The position numbers and the translations under genes were made by a program. Below are positions 50,174-61,649 of a stretch of 64,000 nucleotides of DNA, piece after piece. Location of the stretch: positions 49,042,001 through 49,106,000 of the forward strand of contig OZ024744.1 of assembly GCA_964016885.1 (NCBI GenBank). Direction: 5' to 3'. The notes beneath the pieces were generated by a model. It was not told the DNA's origin, did not search any database, and saw only the letters and a program-made list of their open reading frames with translations. This DNA comes from Eledone cirrhosa. Lineage: Eukaryota. How positions within the stretch are numbered: position 1 is the first letter of the stretch; every line of letters starts with the position of its first letter.

Positions 50174-50695
50174 CTAACTTCGGACACGGCTTCGCCCGGG
50201 CAAACAGATAAGAACAAACAGGTAGAAAACAAAATGACTGTATTGGATGTTTGTCTGGTTTACAGGATGAGGCAAGATCATGATGTGCGTGATTAACAAA
50301 AAAACAGTAAAAAATCCTCCAGATACATCAATTCTTCGTTTTACATAGTATATGAAGATTTCTAGGTGGTTCCACTCGTGAACAACCTTCATATAGCTGT
50401 CCATGGGTAGAAAGTGATTCTCTCATAGTCAATTCCACAACTTTGAGACTTTGTGTCTGAGCTTCATTTATGGTCATAGCAAAATTGGCTCTAACTGGGA
50501 GCTGATGTCTTGAGAATTTGAACGGCAGCTCGATAGAGGAAGGTATAAATGGATTTTCTCTTTGATGACTGACTCCAAGAATAGTGACTTCTAGGAGATG
50601 GTCCCTCAACCGCCAGACTGTAAAATGTGTGCCATTGCTTAGAAGTAGCGGGTGCACGTTACTCAAAACGATGATGGAAGTTCCAATACAATATG
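50174..50695 (-). mobile_element. Helitron 3' end (same family as 48269-48740)
   Basis: LSNGTHF..FAMTINEAQTQ..HGQLYEGCSRV; CCCGGGCGAAGCCGTG hairpin then TTAG|T. Confidence 0.85.
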
Positions 50696-51007
50696 TAGCA
50701 ACAAATATCACTACGGCTCTGGCTAACGCCTCAGCCAGTTGACCGTACCTCCTTAAACTCTTAATTGGTCTATTCACTTCATTATGGCATGCCAGCTAAA
50801 CCTTTGTAATATGTTTGTAAATAAATTATATATTATAAACATTATAAAGTCGTATGATGCTATTTTCCACAACATTGCTTTTAACATCTTCAATGGTGAC
50901 TTTCACATTCTCAACCTTCCTCCAATTTAGATACTATTTCTAAAATAGCATGTGTGCGAGCGCGAGGAGGCGTTGGCCGCGAAACATTTATGTATGGCGT
51001 TCGAGAT

Positions 51008-51340
51008 ATAGTAACATTCGAGACGTTCGGTGGAGTTGGGCTGCTGACAGTAAACCTCTTGTCTTCCCTGGCAGCTCGCATTACTGAGGTGTCAGGTGAT
51101 GCCCGTGAGGGTGCCTTGATATTTCAGCGCCTTAGCTTCGCCCTCACCCAGTGTAATGTTGCGAGCGTATAGGCTTGTCTGAAAGTGTAGTTAACCCCTA
51201 AGGTGTGAGGTGTTGCCGATTGTCACACTTGGTGGGGAATTCCCCCTCCCCCCCTTTTTTTCCTTCTTCTTTCTTTCCTTTTTCATTTTTGTTCATGAAT
51301 TTATATTATTGTGTTATTATACACACACGGTTTAGACATA
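51008..51340 (+). mobile_element. CRE-clade 3' end
   Basis: FETFGGVG..DAREGALIFQRLSFALTQCN plus a 3' UTR shared with 26850-27235. Confidence 0.8.
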
Positions 51341-51392
51341 TTTGTCCTTCTGAACGAATTGCGAGCAATTTTTAGTGTTATTTACGCATTTG

Positions 51393-51941
51393 GGCGATAC
51401 TTGGTTTTAGTGTCCTAAATTATCATCATCGACATTCAATTATTAGCTCCACCCACTACACGACACGTCACGACACGTCATCAGCTTTTGCTCATCTCAT
51501 CCCTTATCGCCTTTCTGTTTGAAATCAGTTAATAAACTGCAGAGAACAAAACGACAGGTAGTTTTCTGGTAAGTAAACAACAGGTGTTTCAATTGTCCCC
51601 AACCAGCCATTACGACATAAAGAGACTCAAAAGCCAAACAAAACAGTAGACATCAAAAGTTGACTGCTGCCTTAATTAAACTCATTTATTTCCTAACATG
51701 AACTCGGACGTTTGTACATGTCATAACCCCCATCCAATGCACACACATTAACATGCGTACATGTATACACACACACTCAATACACTGATCCAATGATGGA
51801 AAGAAAAATGCTTCAAACAGAAAGGCGATAAGGGAAGAGATGGGCCAAATTGATGACGTGTCGTGACGTATCGTGTAGTGGGTGGAGCTAATAATTGAAT
51901 GTCGATGATGATAATTTAGGACACTAAAACCAAATATCGCC
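51393..51941. mobile_element. MITE with ~130-bp TIRs and 8-bp TSD (Merlin-like)
   Basis: CGCATTTG|GGCGATAC...ATATCGCC|CGCATTTG; TIRs 51393-51523 and 51812-51941. Confidence 0.88.
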
Positions 51942-52570
51942 CGCATTTGTTATGTTATCTATGTATATAGTAAAAACATATTTGCAAGTCATTCTACTGT
52001 AAATTTATACAACTACTAGCAGTGGTACCCGGCGTTGCACGGGATAAGGTATTTTGGAACGCGGGCCGCCAACAGACCTAATCGTGGGAAAAACTGCATG
52101 CCTCGACAATATGTAAATAAAATAAACCGAATACTCTGATGGCTGGATAATCTTTAAGATTTTCCTCGATGAAGCAGGAAAAATACAGGTTTTCACCTAA
52201 TGCGGGCCCTAGAGCATCAAGAAAATGAAGTTTTTCACCTAATGCGGGCCCTAGGCCATAAAAAAATTGGATTTTCTTTGCTCACGGTATGAAGAAGAGA
52301 CTAACTAATACATAGTTACAATTTCAAGGAAATCGGTCTGACGTAACGCCTCAAAATACCCTTAAAAAGCTGGAAAAAAACGCAGTTTTTCACCTAGGGG
52401 ATCAAAAAGTTGAATTTTTTATGTGCATAACACTCCCTGAAACATAACGCGGGCCGCCAACAGACCTAATCGTGGAAAAACTGCATGCCTGAACAATATG
52501 TCAAGAAAATAAACCAAATACACTGATGCAATTAGTATTAAGTATGCTTCTCCTTCCACGTAGAGAAATC

Positions 52571-52633
52571 GACATCTGTCCTGCTGACTCATGCCACTTT
52601 AATAAAGTGACATGAGTCAGCAGGAGAGATGTC
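52571..52633. repeat. 63-bp hairpin in the Helitron 3' region
   Basis: GACATCT-G-TCCTGCTGACTCATG-C-CACTTT-AAT-AAAGTG-A-CATGAGTCAGCAGGA-G-AGATGTC. Confidence 0.9.
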
Positions 52634-53459
52634 ACCACTTATGTCAGAGGGAAGTCTGCAATGCTAGAGCAAGGCATGACGTGCAATCGGACAGCATGTG
52701 GAGCCTTCTTGAAGGAGTCCACCCACTGCACCTTAGTAAGTAAACGCAACTGGACAATCTTTACCAAACTGTGGGTATAATTTAACAAATTTAAAGAGGA
52801 ATGGTGCAATAAAATGGGCCCTGAGGCGTGTGCAGCCTTAAACGAAAGGGTCGCCATCAGCTATTTCAAGGGCCGTGTAAGCCGTTCACTGACACCCCAG
52901 TAAGGAGGGGTAACCATCAACAATTTCAAGTGGTGGCTCTAAAAAGGGCCATGTGAGCGTTCACTTGTAGCCCTTAATGGTGACTTTGACTGCGTTCTCT
53001 GACATTTGAAGGAGGGTTTTACGGTTACTTCCACTGGAAGCCTTTAGAATGAATCAGAATGCGCTCGTGGTCCGTTTAACAGCCATACATTGACTCGCCG
53101 AGTGAGAAGTGGAAGGTCCATCTCTGAAAGTAATCACCTGAAGCCGAGGGAAAACGTTTTTCAGGTAATAGGCCGTATGAATGGCAACCAGATTGCCTTA
53201 AGAAATGTTGATAACGAACCTACCTTGTCCTTGTGCAAATGCAAGAAGACTTTCCCAGCTGTCAACTGTAGAGCACCCAACGAACAACGATCTGCTTAAC
53301 GACCTTACATTGCCGCACCAATTGTCAAGGGGAAGGTTTTTAGCTGAAGGGTTCACCTTAAACCGTAGAAAAAACGCATTTCAGTTAGTAGCCCATACGA
53401 ATTGCGACCAGATTGGTTTAAGAAAGGGCAATAATGAACCTACCTTGTCGCTGGTGCAT

Positions 53460-56400
53460 TTATAACACCTCGTTGTAAACAATGTTCCTTGTTTTCCCTC
53501 GTCGTGCAAATGCAAAAAGCCTCTCCCTGCTGCCAACTCTAGTGCACCCAACGTACAATTGTCCGTGGGAGAAACAGGGCTCCTCCAGTAGAAGTCCGGC
53601 AACAGAAAGAATCTGACCCTGGGACTTGTTAATGGACATTGCAAAACTGACCTGAAGCGGGAATTGCAGTCTTCTGAAGGTAAACGGAATTTCGGCTCCC
53701 GAGGGAGTAAGAGAAATTCTCGGAATGAAGACATCATCGCCTTTTCCGCATCCAGAGAGGATAACATGGTCCATCATTTTCTTTACAGCCAGGCGTGTTC
53801 CGTTGCACAGCCTCGGTGGCTCCAAATTCCCCAGCAACATAACAGGAGTCCCTACTTTAAGGCGTAGCATGAGGGGCGGAAGTCCCGGAGGCTGTAAGGA
53901 GTTTAGGAATTCTGGTGGAAAGTTCACCACTTCATTTAGATCGGGCATCATGTCAACAGACTTGTAATTGCGAAGAGCACCAGGAAGGGAATCCAGTAGC
54001 AGGTTGTTGAAATTGTTAACAGTGGCGTTTTTTGGAGCAAGCACTGCTCTTTCACACAACCATGCGTGGTCCTGGAAATGGTGTTGCAAATCCGGAAACA
54101 CTTTTTCTTTGAGCTCTGCCGCAGAATTAACAGAAGTCGCAAATGGCCACACTTCCTGTTCGCCTTCAGCGTCAAGAGGCATGTTGCCGTCGCCAAGCTT
54201 CAGAATGTCCCGTGCAAAGTGGCGGACGTTTGGTCTCCGTACAATTGAGCCCTCATGTTGGTTGTAAGAGTCAGTTTCCTGACATGGCGCCATAGGGGAG
54301 ATGACTTCAGACATGCTTGGACCTCGTCAGATCGTGTACCATTGGGAATTACAGGGAGGGTCTACCTGAAGTCACCTGAAAGCAGAAGCGTAACACCTCC
54401 CATCGGATCCTGACAGCCTCTGATATCCTGGAGGGTTGTGTCAAGAGCTCCTTTGTGCGCATGGTGCACTCATTCCAGACAATGAGTTGACACCGTTTCA
54501 GGACTTGGCCCTGGTCGGAATTCCTGCTGATGCTGCAAGTGGGTGTTTCTAACTTGAGGAACAATTTAAAAGTGGAGTGTGTAGTCCTGCTATTGGGCAG
54601 CAAAGTTGCAGCAATCCCCGAAGAGGCCACAGCAACCGCAATGTCATTGTGCATCCTGACTTTTGCAAGTAGAAGCCTTGTTAAAAATGTTTTGCCCGTC
54701 CCTCCAGGAGCATCCAGAAAGAAAATACCTCCTTTTCTTTGGCGCACATGGTCAGCAACAATGGTGTAAACTCGACGTTGATCCGGAAGAAGTTGTGGTT
54801 CAGTTTCATGAATGCACTTGGCAAGGTCATCGAGGTCGTAGGATGTTTCCCGAAGAAGAGCTGTAGGAAGTATGTTTGACCCGGTACGGAGCGCTTGGGG
54901 TAGACGATATGACGGCAAATAATTTCCACCGAGTGATGCAACTCTGTCCTCAATGTCAATCAAAGCACAATTGAAGACCTCATCGCTGGTTCGTTCCATT
55001 TGAGGGTATTGCAGTTGTGCCCGGCGTTTGTAGTCCTCGGATAAGTCTCCTTTGAACTGTAGCCACAAAGACATAGGATTGCTTAGTTCGCAAGTTTGCA
55101 GCATTACTGCAAATAGAGCTCGTAAACGCATAGACGATTGTGATGCAACGGCTTCGAACAAAGTCGCTTCCCACTGCGCACCGTCTTCCAGCAGGCCATG
55201 CTTGAAGCAAGCTTCTCGGTAAGTGCTGCACACGCAGCCGTCAAAAGTTCGGAGGTCGTGAACAGATTGGGGTCCTCTTACCTCATGCAGCAGAAGGCAA
55301 AGGTAGAAGCACTCGTGCTGGTTTCGGTGCACAGTGTAAACCCTCCCAAGGCAACTGTCAAACTTTATGCCGGGATGTCCTTCAACAGGTTGACCTGCCC
55401 TTCTGACCCATTGTTGCTTATTCCATGTGTAGTAGGACGGCACCTGGGGGTAAAGGAGAGTCTGTGAAAAAGAGTCGGTCCGACACAGTTTCAAAAATCC
55501 AGTGAGGGTTGTTTCTCATGGGTCCTCCACCATTTGCGCAGCATTAGTGTTGGTGAAGTAGACACTTTGACCATTCTGAAGGTGAACCGCAAGCTGTACA
55601 ATAGCAGGGTGCCTTTGGTGTATTGGGAAGCCAAAAATCCGCCAGAAACCCTCGTTGCTACTGATGTAACAGCCAACTTGGTATTGCGAGACCTTATCAT
55701 GGCTGTAGACCGAACATAGCAGCGTCTGAACCCTTATCCACGTAGTTGAAGATCTACTTGATGGACTTGACGGAGCTACAGAATTCCACATTGATGTGGG
55801 CACCGAAGGTCTTCGAAAGAAGTGGGCAGTAGTGCACTATCCATCGGTTGTCGACCTCTTGCTGTCCAACTGTCGCTGTGAAACCACCGTCTCTGGGTTG
55901 CCGTCGTCTGTACATTGGGTATCCGTCCACGCCAGTCTGGGTTTCTTGAAGGAACTTTCGGGGAAACCTTTTGCTGCAGACATTGTTGTTCAGGCAAGGT
56001 GAGCTCAAATTGAAACCACGCCCGCATGGACCATGGACCATGTTTGCTTTCAATATTTCGTAGAGGTCTTTGTCCGCAGACGGATCAGGAAGCTCAGCGG
56101 AGATGACCTTGTCAATGTCGTTTGGAGATATTCTTGCGGACATCCAGATGAAGATATGGGCATGCGGTAGGCCCCTCTTCTGCCATTCAACGGTGTACAT
56201 GTCGCATATAACTGGTCCGAAGACTTGTCCTCTCTTGATGAGCTCCATCAGGTTGATAAGCTTCAGCCGAAAGACTCTGGACAGGAGGTCATGCCTGTCT
56301 TTGGCATGTTGCCGTTGGAACAGTTCTGCAGCAATCTCCTTCCACTTAGGATTGCAAGTAAAAGTGACAAACAGGTCGGGCCTGCCGTAATGCCGAACGT

Positions 56401-57737
56401 AAGTCATGGCATCTTGCGTCCTCTCGTGCATGTAGTGCGGACTTCCGGTGAAAGTGGATGGAAGGATGCAGAGTTTTCCTACGCTGGCTGGTGCTGCATT
56501 ATTGGTGAGGGCATCTCCGAGGTGGATGTAGCTCTCGGACCGCAATTGCCTCTTGTGTGACTGGATGAAGCACAACCTTTCCGATTCCATTTTCGCACAC
56601 ATGTTGATGGTGAATTGCTGAAAGAGGTCTCTTGATTGGTGCAAGTGGTTGAATGAGTTGCGGTGTACCATGAAGGGGTAAGAGTAGAAATTCATGCAGG
56701 AAACAGTTTTATTGGTTGAATGCCTAGGATGTTCGAGATTATCCCGAGGAATACCAAATCAGTAGCCGTCCTCTCCTTTCACAAGCAGCAGTGGATATTG
56801 AAGAGTGTCATAAGACCTGTGCGTTTCGCTTATACATTGGAGGGTGTTGTCTCGTCGCCGTAGAACAATGTCTCGAGGATTGTGCTGATAACTGAAGTTG
56901 CACACAGGTAAATTGTAGCGGCCCGAATGTTCGCCAGAAGGTCTTTTCGAGGCATCAATTACGACATTGAAATTTGATGCAGGAGCTGCTTCCAATGCGT
57001 ACTTGAAGCTGATGACATAGCTGTTGTATGTGTGCAAAATGTCTTGTAGGTTTCTGATAATGTCAAGGTTGGTGCCAGATGAAATAGAGTTCCGCATGGC
57101 AGCCTGTTCATTGACATTTCCGATGAAGCAAATTTGGAGGAACTGGGGATCTTCGTTGGTAGTAAGTTGGAGCGGTCCGATTCTATGATATACCTGCCCT
57201 TGCACTTTAAATGTGGGCATAAATCCACCCTCTCTGACAACATTAGCCCGAAAGATGTCATCTGGAAGGCGCAATTGTACTTCCGGATATTACTGAGAAA
57301 GTGCTTTGAATCGGCAGTTGAGCCTGAAAGGAGGATCTTCAGCGGCTGCGGTGGGTCCTCCAGTGGGTGTAATTTCACCTTCCCGTTTGAGCAGCACATA
57401 CCAGGTGGTTCCCCCGACCACTTTTTGGCATTGCAAAATGAGCACCTTTTTGACATACTTCCAAGTGTCATGTTTGAGTGGCTGTCGTTATCAAAGATGG
57501 GGCTGTCTCGAAAGCTTTGAAGGCCCATTGTGAGCTGCACGGGTTTGAAACACCTTGCCTAAGGGCTCTTCGTTGGACATTACTCTCTAGATGGATATCG
57601 CAGTCTTGCGCCGTCTTGGAAATTCGAGCAGCAGCAGTGTTCGCAGCATCCGTTGCCCGACATCTAATGCGCTGTTCTTCGTTCTCTGCAGCCCGTGAAG
57701 CAGAAGTTGACGCGGCATCAGAGGTTCGGCGACGTTT
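53460..57737 (-). pseudogene. Helitron RepHel (Zn finger, HUH Rep, Pif1 helicase), frameshifted
   Basis: CSFC..CCSNGK; FVTFTCNPKW; VEWQKRGLPHAH; motif 3 SIK*IFNYVDKG (first catalytic Tyr now a stop); DAPGGTGKT; INKSQGQ; HGQLYVGCTRV. Confidence 0.93.
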
Positions 57738-57738
57738 G

Positions 57739-58409
57739 TATAAGTATGTATATGTACATACATATATGTATACGGACGAACAGTAGTATGTATTTATGTA
57801 TACATACATGTACACATATATATATATATATATGTACGTATGGGTTTACCGAACATTTATTATAATGTTCGGTTTGTTTGTAAACAAACAGCCCGAATTA
57901 AGCCGTACAGTGTTCGGCCACCATCGTTGCCCTTTTGTTCAACACTGACATATATGTATGTACGTATACATACTTATATTTAGGTATCAGCCGTACAAAG
58001 AGTGAGAAATGAAATTTCGTTTCATTTTTTTCCATTTATCGTTTTCGGTGCGCCCGGCCGACTAACTCACTTGATATGCAAATTAGGCTGCCCAGTTGTT
58101 AATATGCATAAGGAAAGTATATACTTTCAGACGTTCAATCATATGACAGGAAGGTATACAATGCTGACGATAGCTAATAAGCTTGAAACTAGTACATCGT
58201 TCCTTTGTCAATGTTGAACAAAAGGGCAAAGATGGTTGCCGAATACTGTATAGCTTAATTCGAGCTGTTTGTTTACAAACAAACCGAACATTATAATAAA
58301 TGTTCGGTAAATCCATACGTACATATATATATATGAGCATGTATGTATATATATATACATACTACTGTACGTCTGTATACATCTATGTATGTACGTATAC
58401 ATACTTATA
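57739..58409. mobile_element. Fold-back/MITE-like element with ~210-bp inverted arms, truncating the Helitron
   Basis: 57739-57950 is the imperfect reverse complement of 58206-58409; TA at both ends. Confidence 0.85.
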
Positions 58410-58417
58410 TATAATAT

Positions 58418-58581
58418 AATTGTTTCTGATTTAGGCACAAGTCAGCAATTTTGGGGAGGAGGAAAGTCGATTAAATCGACCCCAGTGCGGGACTGGCACT
58501 TTATTTTATCGACCCCATAAGGATGAAAGGTAAAATTAACCTCAGCGGGATTGGAACTCAGAATGTAAAGGGCCGCAACTC

Positions 58582-58582
<1 letters not shown>
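58418..58582 (-). mobile_element. SINE family A variant (5'-truncated)
   Basis: B box and core present, with an extra GGGGTCGATTTAATCGAC segment. Confidence 0.8.
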
Positions 58583-58648
<66 letters not shown>

Positions 58649-59099
58649 AAATTTGGTGGTTCACCACTGTGTAGAATTGGTCATTTTCCAATGTTAACCA
58701 TGGTGTAATGGTAGGAAAGCACTTGACGTTACACAACTCATCCATCTTTGATTTTGAATCCTGCTGGTGGTGCAGGAACAGAGTTAAATGTATTATAAAG
58801 TAAAATAACAGGAGGCCGGACAGATTGACTTCCCTTAATTATTTATTTCTGCAAACACTATGCACATTTCAGTGGTCAGGCTGCGTATGAACCTGGTGAC
58901 ATCATCAGGTGTATGTTGCATAATAGTTGTATACCAAAGGAATGATGGTAAACACATTCCAAGAGGCTTTAAGAAAAAAACAGAGAAGCAAAAAGGTGTT
59001 TTTGTTTTTGACTCAGAGACGATTGTGGTAGCATGTTGTCATTTTCGCTCATCATCTCTGCATGTGTGAACCACATAAATGCCATTGGTGGTCGTTGGC

Positions 59100-59715
59100 A
59101 AATTCGGCCTGCACCCACTATCTTGCTGCCAGAGTGCGGGCCGGTTCCTCCAACATTCCATTCTCAACGACATATTGAGAAGGAGCCTAGACACTGCTGG
59201 GTTCCAATCACAACTGGAGCCTGCAGGCCTCGAGACACAGAGACGGCAAGAGCCCTGATGGAATTATTCTCTTCTCATTTGAAAGAGATAGATCTGTCAT
59301 CTGGGACGCCACATGTGACACGTTCTCCGCCTCCAATTTAGTCCCTTCGGCCACAATCCCCGGTACTGCAACCTGAAATGTAGAGGAAAGGAAGACAAAC
59401 AAATACCGGAGATTGTCCGGCCGCTTCCTCTTCGCACCAGTCGCTGTCATGACTTCAGGCGTTCTTGGAACCCCTACTGTCGAACTCCTCCACCAGATCA
59501 GGATATTGGTAGCCTGTCAGAGGAATGAGCCCCACGAGGTGGGGTGGCTGTTGCAGCGGGTGTCACTGGCCATCGTCCGTGGGAATGCTTGTGAAGTCTT
59601 GTCCGCAGGGTGCAACCCTAACACCACTGTGCCCTAGCCCAGAGCCCATCACCCTCCCCCTTCCTCCTCTCATTCTTCTGTTACCCTAGAGCCCTTGCTT
59701 TTTTCCGTATTATAT
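59100..59715 (+). mobile_element. CRE-clade element fragment, second subfamily
   Basis: KYRRL..FLFAPVAVMTSG..LLQRVSLAIVRGNA. Confidence 0.75.
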
Positions 59716-59718
59716 ATA

Positions 59719-61160
59719 CTAGCTGGCCCGTCCGGCTGGCGCTCGGGTAGGTATACCTGCATTTTATCTTTTCAGGAATCCCCCCTACACTCCAGTGTAA
59801 AGATACCGCACGCCCTCTCAAGTCAGCGAGATAGGGGTGGGGTGGCGTGGGGGGTTAACGTGCTCTGATGTTGGGTTTGAATATATTTTAGGATTCCCCA
59901 GTTCAGTAGCCAGTATGTTAAAGAAAATTGATAGTTACAACAATAAAAGCTGAACAGAGAACAAATTTTTTAACAAACAATAATTTGTACAACCGTAATG
60001 GAAATTCCAAGTAACAGAAAATATTTAAATTACATTGTTAGAGCCTCAGAGTATACAATAATTTTTGTTCGACCCTCCGGATCAAAGACGAAGAGGTTGT
60101 TTGGCGAGCTCACCCTAGAGCATCCTACATGCAATTGACCATGGGAGAATCACTGATTTCGTAGCTCGTCTCGCGGATAAGCTCTGTCGACGTTGACCTC
60201 TGGACACTCCTGTCAGGAGTAGGAAAGCTGTAGTGACTTAGAGGCCTACCATTAATCTCCAGGACACCGTTTTCAAGACAAATGAGCGCCTCATTGAAAA
60301 TGACATAGTATGTTATGTTTGGATTGTGTCTGCATGTGCGGTGGAGGATGTCTTCAGCTAGACTTTCGCGGTGGTTGTTCCACAGTGCGAGTGGGTCGGC
60401 GAGATCGCAGTTGTGCAGCATAATAGTAAAAAGTTTTCACAGCTGAGAAGGGACTTTAGCAGTTGTTGCTTCTTGCAGGGTGAGGTGCCAATGGCTGTCA
60501 CCGTGTAACATACCACGCATCTGGCAACCCAAACAGTAAGTGGAACATTGATGGCCATTGATGGTTCTCAGATCTTGGAAAGACTGTGGTCCCCTAACCT
60601 CGAACAGTCACAATGACGATAAGCCGTCTGTGCTTTCATGAAATAAATAGGTTTTTATTTTTGTGTTTGCAAAAATATCTGTACACGAATATATATATTA
60701 AAATAACAGATTAAAGTTTAAACAAAGAATCGCTGCTTTCACCCTTAACGAGATCTTCTGCAACTAAAAAAATCCGTCTGTCAACGCAGAAGTAAATATT
60801 TCGAAAAACGTTATCAAATGCAGACAGCCAGACATACAGAGACATATTATAAGGGTGCTCCGTTATAGCTATGTATCTATCTAAAAAGACAGACTAAGAA
60901 AAAGAGGGGAATGTTGTGCGATGTCATAAGAAAAAGTGAGGAATGACGTATAACTGGAAGTGTTGACATTTGAAATTTTAAAGAAGTGAATATTTAAATA
61001 ATGTCTTTAATCTTTTAACAAAATTGAGGAGACAAAAATACCCTCACTTTTTTACTTGGAAAAAGTTACATCTATGGTGAAAATTTGGTGCTGTTTGGTC
61101 CAGCCGTTTGGTGGAAAGTTTGTTACCTACATACGGCCGTCAGCTTTATAGTATATATAT
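59719..61160 (-). mobile_element. Internally deleted Helitron with both termini
   Basis: 3' CCCGAGCGCCAGCCGG hairpin + CTAG|T at 59719; FSHGQLHVGCSRV fused to ELIRETSY linker remnants; 5' (TA)n-CTATAAAGCTGA..AAACGGCTGGACC near 61160. Confidence 0.8.
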
Positions 61161-61169
61161 TTATATATA

Positions 61170-61560
61170 AACTGTACCACCTGAGTCTATTATAATAACC
61201 CATTATTGTTGGTGGATTGGCAGTATCGGTAGAGAGTCGGACGCCATGCTTTCCAGCATAGTTACGTCCCTTTACGGTCTGAGTTCAAATCCCGCCGAGG
61301 TTGACTTTGCCTTTCATCCTTACGGGGTCGATAAAATAAAGTACCAGTAATGCACTGGATAATTGCTCGCCTTGTGCCTAAAGTAGAAACAATTATTGTT
61401 ATTAACTGTCAATAAATCAACTAATCACTGAATCAACAATATAACCTCCTAACCTTTCTTTCTTTAACTCTCCCTCCCTAAAACTATTTCACCTCTTCCA
61501 TTATATCCTATCATGTTCTCTTCACTTCTAACATAACTTCCAATTTATTAATTTATCCTT
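61170..61560 (+). mobile_element. Third copy of the Naiad-type PLE 3' UTR, split by a SINE
   Basis: Reverse complement of 16990-17187. Confidence 0.85.
61211..61392 (+). mobile_element. SINE family A copy with ATTATTGTT TSD
   Basis: A and B boxes, core; 9-bp flanking direct repeat. Confidence 0.9.
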
Positions 61561-61649
61561 TATTTACATATATACTTTATATATATATATATATATATCC
61601 TTTATATATATATATATATTATATACATATATCTATATATCTATATACT

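Larger units (their letters stand above)
52016..57737 (-). mobile_element. Near-complete Helitron (5' end not found)
   Basis: 3' terminus CCCGTGCAACGCCGGG hairpin + TACCACTG-CTAG|T at 52016; RepHel coding region 57737 to 53460. Confidence 0.95.

Noticed and set aside
58695-58775. tRNA-like sequence
   Set aside because: Only decayed A/B-box resemblance with no cloverleaf; at most an old SINE head or pseudogene.
58873-58908. Possible 36-bp host micro-exon (TTTCAG|TGGTCAGGCT...ATCAG|GTGTAT)
   Set aside because: Weak donor site and no recognisable peptide or partner exons; not supportable without RNA data.
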